The notes under the pieces: generated by a model | Told to the model about the DNA's origin: nothing | The model's input: only the letters and a program-made list of their open reading frames with translations | Database searches by the model: none | Program-made: the position numbers and the translations under genes | In this document: one piece after another, positions 1 through 10,482 of the stretch | Numbering within the stretch: the first letter of the stretch is position 1 | Layout of the letters: the number at the start of each line of letters is the position of its first letter | Assembly (NCBI GenBank): GCA_963727505.1 | Contig: CAVSGP010000004.1 | Location: 256,001-320,000 of the forward strand | DNA from: an uncultured Trueperaceae bacterium | GTDB lineage: Bacteria > Deinococcota > Deinococci > Deinococcales > Trueperaceae | Reading direction: 5' to 3' | Length of the DNA stretch: 64,000 bases

Positions 1-1
1 C

Positions 2-1132
<1,131 letters not shown>

Positions 1133-1148
1133 ACGCCGGCGACGCGCA

Positions 1149-2288
1149 TCACGCCACCTGCAACCTGCAGCGTGCCACGGCCCGCCCGAACAAACCTGCG
1201 GCCTCGATAGCGTCGGCCTCGCTCACGGTGTGCGCGAAGCTGAAGCGTACGCTCGCTTTCGCCTCGGCCGCGCTCAATCCCATCGCCATCAGCACGTGGC
1301 TCGGCTCAAGACTCCCGGCGGAGCAGGCGCTCCCCGCGCTCGCCTCCACGCCCAGGTCGTCGAGTGCGAGCAGGAGCGTCTCGCCGTCGACGCCGTCGAC
1401 GCGCAGGTTGCTGTGCTTGACGCTGCGGGGCGCGCCGGCCCCGTTCACCCGGACGCCGCGCACGCTCGTGGCGGCCGCCTCGAAGGCGTCGCGCGCCCGC
1501 TGCACCGCCTCGCGGCGGGGGCTGCGCTGCGCTGCGGCGCGCTCTGCGGCCGCGCCCAATCCCACGATGGCTGGGGTGGCGTGGGTGCCCGGCCGCAGGC
1601 CCCGTTCCTGCTCGCCTCCGGAAAGCAGCGGCCGCACCTCCACGCCGTCAGCGACGTAGAGAGCGCCCGCCCCCTTGGGGCCGAAGATCTTGTGTCCCGA
1701 CACCGCCAGCAGGTCGACGCCCAAGGTAGCAACATCCAGTGCCTCCAGCCCGAAGCCCTGCACCGCGTCGCAGAACAGCAGCGCCCCATGGCGATGCGCC
1801 ACCTCCGCCGCCGCGCCGATGTCGGTGAGCACACCGGTCTCATTGTTGACGGCCATCAGCGCAACCAGGCGGGTGTCCGGCGCGTCGGCCAGCAAGGCGT
1901 CGAGGGCGTCGACGCTCAGGCGCCCGTGCTCGTCGGGGCGCAGATAGGTCACCGGCGTGCCGGCGTCGTGCAACACGCGCGCCGTGGACAGCACCGCAGC
2001 ATGCTCCAAAGGGCTGGTCACGAGACCGCCCGTGTCGCCGTCCAGGACGCCACGGAGGGCCTGGTTGTCGGCCTCGGTCGCTCCGGACGTGAAGTGGATC
2101 TGTCGGGGCCGCGCTCCCAACGCCGCAGCGACCTGTTCGCGTGCCCGCTCGATGAGCCGGCGCGCGCGCTGTCCCGCGCGGTGCACGCTGGCGGGATTAC
2201 CGTAGGTGTCGGTCAATGCCGGCATCATCGCCTCGAGCACCGCCGCATCGAGCGGCGTGGTGGCGGCGAAGTCAAGGTAGAGGGGCAC
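1149..2288 (-). CDS. Cysteine desulfurase (IscS/NifS family)
   Basis: YLDFAATTP, GNPAS, FTSGATEA, SGHK PLP lysine, catalytic SAGSACS; start placed at GTG 2288, just downstream of the Rrf2 gene. Confidence 0.92.
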   Translation of the reverse strand: MPLYLDFAATTPLDAAVLEAMMPALTDTYGNPASVHRAGQRARRLIERAREQVAAALGARPRQIHFTSGATEADNQALRGVLDGDTGGLVTSPLEHAAVLSTARVLHDAGTPVTYLRPDEHGRLSVDALDALLADAPDTRLVALMAVNNETGVLTDIGAAAEVAHRHGALLFCDAVQGFGLEALDVATLGVDLLAVSGHKIFGPKGAGALYVADGVEVRPLLSGGEQERGLRPGTHATPAIVGLGAAAERAAAQRSPRREAVQRARDAFEAAATSVRGVRVNGAGAPRSVKHSNLRVDGVDGETLLLALDDLGVEASAGSACSAGSLEPSHVLMAMGLSAAEAKASVRFSFAHTVSEADAIEAAGLFGRAVARCRLQVA

Positions 2289-2314
2289 GTCGCGCCGGGT
2301 GCCGGGGGCGGGAA

Positions 2315-2770
2315 TCAGCTGGCCCGCCCGACGCTCTCGGGTTCGCGGACCCTCCCCAGCCCGAGGATCTGCCGCTGCGCCACCAGGTCGGCGAGCGAGG
2401 TCGAACCCAGCACCTCGCGCACGGCGGCGTCCACGCGGCGCCACAGGATCTCGGTCGAGCAGTGGCCCACGCGTTCGCAATTGCCCTCGTCATCGATGCA
2501 GGTAACCGGCGCCACGCTACCCTCGAGCAGCTCGACGACCTCGAGCGCAGGTACGGTGTCGAGCGAACGCGCCATGCGGTAGCCTCCACGGGCGCCACGC
2601 ACGGATTCCACGATCCCGGCGCGCCGCAGCACGGCGAAAATCTGCTCCAGGTACTGGTGGCTCAAGCTCTGGCGGTCGGCGACCGTCTTGAGGCTGGTCG
2701 GTTCGTCACCGCCTAGCGCCACCTCGACCAGGGCTCGCATGCCGTATTGGGCCTTCGTCGAGATCCACAT
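2315..2770 (-). CDS. Rrf2 family transcriptional regulator (IscR/CymR-like) with three conserved Cys
   Basis: STKAQYG, YLEQIF, SVRGARGGY, C-x6-C-x5-C; lies upstream of the cysteine desulfurase. Confidence 0.93.
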   Translation of the reverse strand: MWISTKAQYGMRALVEVALGGDEPTSLKTVADRQSLSHQYLEQIFAVLRRAGIVESVRGARGGYRMARSLDTVPALEVVELLEGSVAPVTCIDDEGNCERVGHCSTEILWRRVDAAVREVLGSTSLADLVAQRQILGLGRVREPESVGRAS

Positions 2771-2795
2771 GGTTTGTCATCCCCTAGGCATATCC

Positions 2796-2856
2796 TCGGA
2801 ATCATTCCGAAGAATCGTTACACGTGAGTATAGCCGCGGGGCCCTACCAACGTCAA
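2796..2856 (-). promoter_or_regulatory. Sigma70-type promoter (TTGACG-18-TATACT) and perfect palindrome TCGGAAT-C-ATTCCGA, a candidate Rrf2 operator
   Basis: Minus-strand -35 at 2851-2856, -10 at 2827-2832; 7-1-7 inverted repeat at 2796-2810. Confidence 0.6.
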
Positions 2857-2910
2857 CGAAATCCGATGCGAACGGCGCTTCTCACCTGTCGCTGGGCGCG
2901 CTCCGAGGCC

Positions 2911-3462
2911 TCAGCCTCCGACGGTGGGTTCCGCACTCGACGCGATCACGCCCTTGGCGAGCTCGACCAACCGTCCCGGCCGGAAGGGGTGACGAAGCTC
3001 CTTCCACGGCGGCGCCAGGAGTCGACCGTCGAGGTCGGAGGACGCCGCGAGCTCGGAGGATGCCGCGACCTCACCGGTCGTTGGCACGCTCTCCGGCCAG
3101 CCTACGCCGTCAGCGGCGTCGTGCCGGATGCGTTCTTGGCGGGTGGTCTCGTGGTGCGCTGCCAAGGCATCGCCGGCGCGATGGATCGGGAAGCCCCAGT
3201 GACCGCGCCCCTCGAGTACGATCACCGGTACCCCGCGGAGCTCCGGATCACGGGCCAGCAGACCCGCCAGGTCGAGTCCACCGGCGTCACGCACCGAGCC
3301 CTCCACCACGATGAGGTCGGGCAGGCCACGACGGGCCACGCCCAGCGCTCCCTCGCCGTCGACGGCTTCCACCAGCTCGAAACCCTCGCGCGCGAAGCGG
3401 CGGCGGAAAACGCGCCTCAGGTGATCGTTCGGCTCAACCAGAAGGACCGTGGGCACGGCCAC
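2911..3462 (-). CDS. Stand-alone receiver-like domain protein with degenerate phosphorylation site
   Basis: VLLVEP...EAVDGEGAL...PDLIVVEG...VPVIVL...RHPF follows the REC pattern. Confidence 0.7.
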   Translation of the reverse strand: MAVPTVLLVEPNDHLRRVFRRRFAREGFELVEAVDGEGALGVARRGLPDLIVVEGSVRDAGGLDLAGLLARDPELRGVPVIVLEGRGHWGFPIHRAGDALAAHHETTRQERIRHDAADGVGWPESVPTTGEVAASSELAASSDLDGRLLAPPWKELRHPFRPGRLVELAKGVIASSAEPTVGG

Positions 3463-3510
3463 ACGCTACGCTCCAGGGCGGAGCCTCGTCTGTGTCCATT
3501 CCGGGACCGC

Positions 3511-4698
3511 TCAGGGCGTCGCCATGCCCTGCAGGTAATCGAGAGGATCGACGGCGCGGCCATCGAAACGCAACTCGAAGTGAACGTGTGGCCCCGTCGA
3601 CGCGCCGGTGCTGCCGGCCAGCCCAAGCACATCCCCCTGCCGCAGGGACTCCCCGTCGTGCACCTCGATGCGGCTGAGGTGCGCGTAGCGCGTCTGCGTG
3701 CCGTCGCCGTGGTCCAGGTAGACCACGTTCCCGTAGGTGCCGCCCCAGCCGGCCTTGGCGACGACGCCGTCGCGGGCGGCGCGCACCGGCGTTCCCAGCG
3801 CTACCGCAAGGTCGACGCCGGCATGGAAATGGTTGCCGTTCACGCTCAATGCGCGCCAGCCGAACCGGGAGGATACCCTCCCCTGCACCGGCGCCCGGAA
3901 GGTGTGGTCCTCGAAGGACACCGCCGGCAGTCGCGCCACGGCCGCGCTCAGGTCGGCGTCTTGCAGGCGGCGCAAGCGGTCGCGCGCCGGGGCCGCGTCT
4001 CCGGGCACCGCCGCTGCGGCGACACCCGGAGCAGCGCCGGACGCCGCGGGCGGTCCCGGCGCGATTGGCGCCATGGCGGCGCCGTTACCGGAGCGGCCGG
4101 CATCGGTCATGGGCCCGGTCATGGGCCCGGCGCCGCCCACGCCTCCACGTCCTCCCGCGAGCCCGTCGGCGCCTCCCGGCAGGAGCACCGACTGACCGCG
4201 CTGCAAGACCGTGTCGCCCGCGATGTCGTTCACACGGGCCAGAGCCTCGGCAGTCGTTCCCGAGCGCGCGGCCAGGCTCGCAAGCGTGTCGCCGGGAGCG
4301 ACCTCGACGGTCACGCCGTCGGCCGGCGGGACCGAGACCGCCGCACCCGCCGCGACGCTCCCCGAGGCAAGGCCCGGGTTCGCCGACGCCAGCGACGCAG
4401 GCATCCGGCCAACACGCTGCGCCACGTCGAGCAACGTCTCCCCCGGCCTTGCGATGGTGATGCGATATCCGCTTCGCTGCCCGCCCGGCACCTCGAGTAC
4501 CTGACCGACGCGCAGGACATCGCTGTCGAGCCGATTGGACGCCACCAGGGCGGCAACGGTGGTGTCGAAGCGCCCGGCCAGCGCGAAGAGGGTGTCACCT
4601 GGACGGACCACGTAGACTTGCTGAGCGTGCGCCACGGCGCCTAGCACCAGCCAAGCCAACACGAAGACGCTGGCGACGCCCAGCCTCAACCTGACCAT
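3511..4698 (-). CDS. Secreted LysM-repeat M23 family metallopeptidase
   Basis: Signal peptide, three LysM-like repeats (e.g. YVVRPGDTL), M23 motifs HAGVD, YAHL, STGPHVHFE. Confidence 0.93.
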   Translation of the reverse strand: MVRLRLGVASVFVLAWLVLGAVAHAQQVYVVRPGDTLFALAGRFDTTVAALVASNRLDSDVLRVGQVLEVPGGQRSGYRITIARPGETLLDVAQRVGRMPASLASANPGLASGSVAAGAAVSVPPADGVTVEVAPGDTLASLAARSGTTAEALARVNDIAGDTVLQRGQSVLLPGGADGLAGGRGGVGGAGPMTGPMTDAGRSGNGAAMAPIAPGPPAASGAAPGVAAAAVPGDAAPARDRLRRLQDADLSAAVARLPAVSFEDHTFRAPVQGRVSSRFGWRALSVNGNHFHAGVDLAVALGTPVRAARDGVVAKAGWGGTYGNVVYLDHGDGTQTRYAHLSRIEVHDGESLRQGDVLGLAGSTGASTGPHVHFELRFDGRAVDPLDYLQGMATP

Positions 4699-4728
4699 GA
4701 GACGACGCTCATGGCTCTACGCTGTCAC

Positions 4729-6531
4729 TCAACCCTGGCCGAGCGTGGCGAGGAATTCCTCATTGCTCTTGGTGCGCGAAAGCCGCGAGAGCAGCATCTC
4801 CATCGCCTCGGCGGCATCCATGTCACTGATGACCTTGCGAAGCAACCACATCTTGGCCAGGATCGCCTCACCCAGGAGCAGGTCCTCGCGACGCGTGCCC
4901 GACTTCAGGATGTCGATGGCCGGGAAGATGCGCCGTTCCTCGAGGCGTCGGCTCAAGTGCAGCTCCATGTTGCCGGTTCCCTTGAACTCCTCGAAGATGA
5001 CATCGTCCATGCGGGAGCCCGTCTCGACCAGGGCGGTGGCCAGGATGCTGAGGCTGCCGCCGCCGCGGATGTTGCGGGCCGCGCCCAGGAAGCGCTTCGG
5101 CCAGTGCAAGGCGTTGGAATCCAGACCACCCGACAGGGTGCGTCCGGTCGCCGGCGTCACGAGGTTGTTCGCCCGGGCCAGACGGGTGATCGAGTCGAGC
5201 AGGATCATCACGTGGCCGCCCTCCTCGACGATGCGGCGCGCCCGCTCGTGCACGAACTCGGCCACGCGGATGTGGTTCGAGGGGGGCTCGTCGAAGGTGC
5301 TGGCGATGACCTCCACGCCGCTGACCGACTCCCGGAAGTCGGTGACCTCCTCGGGCCGCTCATCCACCAGCAGCACGATGACCTTGATGTCGTCCTCGTT
5401 GCTGACCACCGAGTTGGCGATCTTCTTGAGCAGGGTGGTCTTCCCTGCCTTGGGCGGCGCCACGATCAGTCCGCGCTGCCCCCGGCCGATCGGCGCGAGC
5501 AGATCGATGACGCGGGCCGAGAGCTCGTTCTGCACGGTCTCGAGCGTGATGCGCTGTTCCGGGAAGGTGGGAACCAGATCGTCGAAGCGGGGACGCTTGG
5601 CGGCGTGGAAGGGGTCGACCCCGTTGACGGCCTCGACCCGGATCAGCGTCCCGTAGCGCTCGTTGTCGCGCGGGCGGCGCGCCTTGCCCAGGATGTAGTC
5701 GCCGGCGCGCAGCTTGAACTGCTTGATGAGGCCGGCCGACACGATCACGCTGCGCGAGCTGAGCTGCAACAGCGACTCCTGCAGGAAACCGTAACCGTCC
5801 GACGAGATCTCGAGGTAGCCCTGAACCACCTTGAGCCCTTCGCTCTCGGCCGACCGCTCGAGGATCGCCAGTGCCAGGTCGTCCTTGCTCATCTGGCGGT
5901 AGTCCTCCAGCCCGACCTCCTTGGCCAGCAGGTGCAACTCCGGCACGATCTTGGACTGGAGCTCGCGGAAGTTCAGGCCACCCTTGCGCCCACCGCCCGA
6001 GCGACCGCGCCGGTTGCGGCCGCCGCGACCGCCACGGCCGCGCTCGTCCTGATCAGCGTCGTCACCGGAACGCTCCTGCGAGCCTCCGGATCCAGCCTGG
6101 TCGGCCGGGGCGTCGTCGGCGGCCGCCGAGCCACCTCGGCCACTGCCGTCCTGGTTCCGCTTGCTCTTGCCGTTGTTGCCGCCCCCCTTGCGGCCGCCCG
6201 AGCGGCCGCCCTTCTTCTCACCGCTGCTCTTCTCACCACTGCTCTTCTCACCACTGCTCTTCTCACCGCTGCGATCGCCCTGCGGCTTCTCAGAGGTGCC
6301 GCCGTCGCCGCCGGCCTCCTGCCGGGCGACGTCGGCCGCTGCCTCGACGGCGCCGCCCGTTCCCGGCGCGTCATCGGCCACTGCGCCGTTGCCAGCCGCC
6401 GCGTCGGCGACCGCCGCGTCCTGCTTGCGCGGCCGGCCGCGCTTGCGCGGCTTCACGTCCTGGGCGTCCGTCGCCTCGGACACTTCGTTGGCGCCGCTGT
6501 CGTTGGCTGTCTTCCGGCTTCTGGGGCTCAT
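4729..6531 (-). CDS. rho: Transcription termination factor Rho with long low-complexity N-terminal extension
   Basis: GYGFL, PIGRGQRGLIVAPPKAGKT, DERPEE, DSITRLARA, FEEFKGTGNMEL; start ATG 6531 after GGAG. Confidence 0.97.
   Translation of the reverse strand: MSPRSRKTANDSGANEVSEATDAQDVKPRKRGRPRKQDAAVADAAAGNGAVADDAPGTGGAVEAAADVARQEAGGDGGTSEKPQGDRSGEKSSGEKSSGEKSSGEKKGGRSGGRKGGGNNGKSKRNQDGSGRGGSAAADDAPADQAGSGGSQERSGDDADQDERGRGGRGGRNRRGRSGGGRKGGLNFRELQSKIVPELHLLAKEVGLEDYRQMSKDDLALAILERSAESEGLKVVQGYLEISSDGYGFLQESLLQLSSRSVIVSAGLIKQFKLRAGDYILGKARRPRDNERYGTLIRVEAVNGVDPFHAAKRPRFDDLVPTFPEQRITLETVQNELSARVIDLLAPIGRGQRGLIVAPPKAGKTTLLKKIANSVVSNEDDIKVIVLLVDERPEEVTDFRESVSGVEVIASTFDEPPSNHIRVAEFVHERARRIVEEGGHVMILLDSITRLARANNLVTPATGRTLSGGLDSNALHWPKRFLGAARNIRGGGSLSILATALVETGSRMDDVIFEEFKGTGNMELHLSRRLEERRIFPAIDILKSGTRREDLLLGEAILAKMWLLRKVISDMDAAEAMEMLLSRLSRTKSNEEFLATLGQG
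6214..6272. repeat. 15-bp tandem repeat, about 4 copies, encoding (S)SGEK units in the Rho extension
   Basis: Unit CTTCTCACCRCTGCT at 6214, 6229, 6244, 6259. Confidence 0.9.
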
Positions 6532-6731
6532 GCCATCTCCGTTCTGTGCGCTCGCCCTCGCAGGGTTCCGAGGCTGGGATGCAGAACTCGAACTGGATGT
6601 CGAACGTTGAAGTGAATCACGGAAACACTCGTTGTCCATCGCTCGGCAGGGTCGCACGCCGTGCGTCCGTGGAGCATGCGCGCACCGCGAGGACGCACGA
6701 ACAGGTTGTGCGAGGAGTCGCAGCGGCGAGA

Positions 6732-6791
6732 TTGACGTTGTCACGGCCTGCTGCTAGGTTTAGTATATGCGGGGCCGCTGAAGATTGTAAA
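6732..6791. promoter_or_regulatory. Overlapping divergent promoters for ileS (+) and rho (-)
   Basis: Plus strand TTGACG(6732)-17-TAGGTT(6755); minus strand TTTACA(6791)-18-TATACT(6767). Confidence 0.55.
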
Positions 6792-6837
6792 GCGGCTCCG
6801 AACCGCCGGCCACGGCACGGTGCACTCCGGCCGGCGA

Positions 6838-7143
6838 AAAGGCGATGACGGGAACGAGTACGCCTGCGCGAAGTACTCTCCAGCGAACCGGGGACGGTGC
6901 GAGCCCGGTCGGGTACCGACAGGCGGAAGATCCTCCCCGAGCCGCTCCCCGAACCCGCGACGCCCTCGGGCGGAGGCGGCAGTAGACGGAGCCGCGCGGC
7001 GCGCGTCACAGCGCCAGACTCTTCCGCTTCCCGTGAGCGGGGCAGTCGATCGAGTCCGGACCCCGTGAGGGGCCGGAGAAGTTGGGTGGTTCCGCGCGGC
7101 ACGTCACGCGCCCCAACGCCGCAAGCGTTCGGGGCGCGTTCTC
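6838..7143 (+). ncRNA. T-box riboswitch leader (Ile specifier)
   Basis: GCGATGA at the Stem I base, GAAG-ATC specifier at 6930-6932, AGTA box, T-box AAGTTGGGTGGTTCCGCG at 7079-7096, then a CGCGCCCC/GGGGCGCG hairpin; directly upstream of ileS. Confidence 0.9.
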
Positions 7144-7173
7144 GTGGCCGCCCCCGGAGAGCGAGGTAACACC

Positions 7174-10100
7174 GTGTTCCGTGAGGTGCCGTCCGGCGTC
7201 CGCTTCCCCGATCTGGAACAGCGCATCATCGCGTTCTGGCGCGAGCGCGACATCTTCCGCAAGACCCTCGACAAGCCCGCCCCCGAGGGCCGCTTCGTCT
7301 TCTACGAGGGACCCCCCACCGCCAACGGCAAGCCCGGTGTGCACCACGTCATCAGCCGGGCCTTCAAGGACCTCTTCCCGCGCTTCAAGACCATGCAGGG
7401 CTACCGTGTGGGGCGCAAGGGGGGCTGGGACACGCACGGGCTGCCGGTCGAGATCGCCATCGAGAAGCGGCTCGGCTTCACCAACAAGCAGCAGATCGAG
7501 GCCTACGGCATCGAGCGCTTCAACCGCCTGTGCCGCGAGGACGTGTTCAGCAACATCCAGGACTGGAACGCCATGACCGAGCGCATCGGGTTCTGGCTCG
7601 ACCTAGAGAACGCCTACGTCACCTACACCAACGACTACATCGAGTCCTGCTGGTGGGTGCTCAAGCAGCTGTGGGACCGTGGCCTCCTGACCGAGGACTA
7701 CAAGACCACCTGGCACAGTCCCAGCAGCAACACCACCCTGGCGTCGCACGAGGTCGCGCTCGGCTACAAGGAGGACGTCGAGGATCCCAGCGTCTTCCCC
7801 ATGTTCCCGGCGATGACCGAGGACCTCGTCGAGCGCGGCCTTCTCGACGAGGGAGAGCGGCGGACCGTGTTCTTCCTGGCCTGGACGACGACCCCCTGGA
7901 CGCTGGCCGCCAACACCGGCCTGGCGGTGGCCGCGGACGCAGACTACGCGCTGGTCGAAGCGCCGTCACGCAAGCAGGATCCCGCCGGCGAGCGCACCCT
8001 GCTGTGGCTGGCTGCCGAGCTCGCACCCACCGTCCTCGAGGGCACGGACTGGCGCGAGCTGCGGCGTGCGCGCGGCCGCGAGCTCGAAGGGGTGCATTAC
8101 CGCCCCGTCCTCCAGGGGCGGGTCGACGCCGGCCAGGACTTGTCGAGCGGCTTCCGGGTGGTGAGCGATGAGCTCGTCAGCCTCGAAGACGGCACCGGCA
8201 TCGTCCACCTCGCGCCCGCCTACGGCGATCTGGAGCAGGGACGGCGGCACGGCCTGCCCACGCTCTTCTCGGTGGATCTCACCGGCCAGGTCCTGCCCGA
8301 GGTGCGGGCCCTCGACGCCGCAGAGGGCGACGGCCCGTACGCCGGGCAGTGGTTCAAGGACGCCGACAGCGCCATCGCCGACGACCTCCTCGCACGTGGC
8401 CTGATGTGGCACCGGGGCGTCGTACGCCATGCCTACCCCTTCAACTGGCGCGACGACACCCCGCTCATGAACGTCGCCAAGCGCAGCTGGTACATCCGCA
8501 CCAGCCTGCTCAAGGACAAGCTGCTGGCGAACAACGACAAGGTGCACTGGCACCCCGATCACATCCGCACGGGCCGCTTCGGCAAGTGGCTCGAGAACAA
8601 CGTGGACTGGGCGCTGAGCCGCGAACGCTTCTGGGGTGCGCCGCTCCCCATCTGGGTCAGCGAAGACGGCGAGGAGCAGGTGTGCGTAGGCAGCATCCGT
8701 GAGCTCGCCGAGCTCACGGGGCGCGACCTGGAAGGGCTCGAGCTGCACCGCCCCTACGTCGACGACGTCACCTTCGAACGCGGAGGCAAGACCTTCCGGC
8801 GTGTCCCCTACACGGTCGACGTGTGGTTCGAGTCGGGCGCCATGCCCTACGCGCAGTGGCACTACCAGGGCGACGCCTCCACCCCCGAGGCGGCGCGGGC
8901 GCTCGCCGACAACTTCCCCGCCGACTACATCTGCGAGGCCGTCGACCAGACGCGAGGCTGGTTCTACAGCCTGCACACCCTCGCCACCCTGCTCACCGAC
9001 AGCGGCGATCCGGCGGCATCCCGACCGGCCGGCCCCCTGGCAGACCTCGCGCCGGATACCTCGGCGTTTCGCAACGTGATCGTGCTGGGTCACATCGTCG
9101 ACGAGCGTGGCGAGAAGATGTCGAAGTCCAAGGGCAACGTCGTCGATCCCTGGGCCGTGCTCGACGCGCAGGGGGCCGATGCGCTGCGCTGGTACCTGTT
9201 CAGCGTGTCCCCGCCCGAGGCCACCAAACGCTTCAGCGCGGGACTGGTCGACGAGACGCTGCGCGACTTCTTCATGACGTTGTGGAACACCTACAGCTTC
9301 TTCGTCCTCTACGCCAACCTGGATCGCCCCGCGTTGCAGGCGGCCCCGCCGGCCGACGAGCGGCCGCTGGTGGACCGCTGGCTGCTCTCGCGGCTGCACG
9401 AGCTCATCGCTGCCGTCACCGATCACCTGGAGGGCTACGATCCCACCGCCGCCAGCCGCGCGCTGCGCGACTTCGTGGTCGACGATCTGTCGAACTGGTA
9501 CGTGCGCCGCAACCGCCGGCGCTTCTGGAGGTCGCAGGGCGATGCCGACAAGCTCGCGGCCTACGCGACCCTGTACGAGGCCCTGGTGACGGCGGCGAAG
9601 CTGATGGCGCCGATGGCGCCGTTCACCTCCGAGGAGCTCTACCAGAACCTGGTGCGCTCGCTCGACGATGGAGCGCCCGAGTCGGTGCACCTGGCGGACT
9701 GGCCGGTCGCGGACGCCGCACGCATCGATGCCGACCTCACGCGCGACATGCGCGCCCTGATGCGCCTGGTCGAGCTCGGCCGGGCAGCCCGCGCTGCCTC
9801 CGGGATCAAGGTGCGCCAGCCCCTTCCGGAGGTGCTCGTGCGACTGCGCAGCGCCGAGGAGCTCGCCGGCGTGAGGCGCCTGGAGGATCAGCTCCTGGAG
9901 GAGCTCAACGTCAAGCAGGTGCGCTACCTGGGGGTGCACGACGACTTCGTCGACTACCAGGTCAAGCCCAACCTGCCTCGCGTCGGGCCGCGGCTGGGCA
10001 AGCTGGTGCCGGAGCTGCGACGGGCGCTCGGAGCCCTCGACGGCCGCGCCGTGGCGGCGGCCGTGCGCGACGGCGAGGACACCGTGCTGGAACTGCCCGG

Positions 10101-10482
10101 TGGCGAGGTACGGCTGCAGCCCGAGGACCTGCTGCTCGATGCGCGGAGCCCGGAAGGCTTCGCCGCGGTCGAGGAGCGTGGTTACCTCGCGGCGCTCAAC
10201 ACCGCCCTCACGCCCGAGCTGGTGCGCGAGGGGCTGGCGCGCGACGCCATAAGGCTGGTGCAGAACGCGCGCAAGAACGCCGGGCTGGCAGTCTCCGACA
10301 CCATCGCGCTGACCCTCGCGGCCGACGGCACCCTCGCCACCGCGCTGCGCGAGCACCGCGACGCCATCGCCTCGGAGGTGCTGGCCAGCGACCTGACGCT
10401 GGGGCCTGCCGAGGCAGACGCCTACGTCGAGGAGCACGACGTCGAAGGCGAGCGCCTCCGGCTCGGCCTGCGGCGGACCTGA
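7174..10482 (+). CDS. ileS: Isoleucine--tRNA ligase, type II
   Basis: FYEGPPTANG, GWDTHGLPVE, WTTTPWTL, DWALSRERFWG, KMSKS; GTG start 7174 after GAGGT. Confidence 0.97.
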   Translation: MFREVPSGVRFPDLEQRIIAFWRERDIFRKTLDKPAPEGRFVFYEGPPTANGKPGVHHVISRAFKDLFPRFKTMQGYRVGRKGGWDTHGLPVEIAIEKRLGFTNKQQIEAYGIERFNRLCREDVFSNIQDWNAMTERIGFWLDLENAYVTYTNDYIESCWWVLKQLWDRGLLTEDYKTTWHSPSSNTTLASHEVALGYKEDVEDPSVFPMFPAMTEDLVERGLLDEGERRTVFFLAWTTTPWTLAANTGLAVAADADYALVEAPSRKQDPAGERTLLWLAAELAPTVLEGTDWRELRRARGRELEGVHYRPVLQGRVDAGQDLSSGFRVVSDELVSLEDGTGIVHLAPAYGDLEQGRRHGLPTLFSVDLTGQVLPEVRALDAAEGDGPYAGQWFKDADSAIADDLLARGLMWHRGVVRHAYPFNWRDDTPLMNVAKRSWYIRTSLLKDKLLANNDKVHWHPDHIRTGRFGKWLENNVDWALSRERFWGAPLPIWVSEDGEEQVCVGSIRELAELTGRDLEGLELHRPYVDDVTFERGGKTFRRVPYTVDVWFESGAMPYAQWHYQGDASTPEAARALADNFPADYICEAVDQTRGWFYSLHTLATLLTDSGDPAASRPAGPLADLAPDTSAFRNVIVLGHIVDERGEKMSKSKGNVVDPWAVLDAQGADALRWYLFSVSPPEATKRFSAGLVDETLRDFFMTLWNTYSFFVLYANLDRPALQAAPPADERPLVDRWLLSRLHELIAAVTDHLEGYDPTAASRALRDFVVDDLSNWYVRRNRRRFWRSQGDADKLAAYATLYEALVTAAKLMAPMAPFTSEELYQNLVRSLDDGAPESVHLADWPVADAARIDADLTRDMRALMRLVELGRAARAASGIKVRQPLPEVLVRLRSAEELAGVRRLEDQLLEELNVKQVRYLGVHDDFVDYQVKPNLPRVGPRLGKLVPELRRALGALDGRAVAAAVRDGEDTVLELPGGEVRLQPEDLLLDARSPEGFAAVEERGYLAALNTALTPELVREGLARDAIRLVQNARKNAGLAVSDTIALTLAADGTLATALREHRDAIASEVLASDLTLGPAEADAYVEEHDVEGERLRLGLRRT

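Noticed and set aside
4104..4130. 12-bp duplication (GPMT x2) in the LysM-M23 linker
   Set aside because: Ordinary slippage in a flexible linker
6214..6272. Tandem repeats as a CRISPR array
   Set aside because: 15-bp in-frame coding repeats with no spacers and no cas genes
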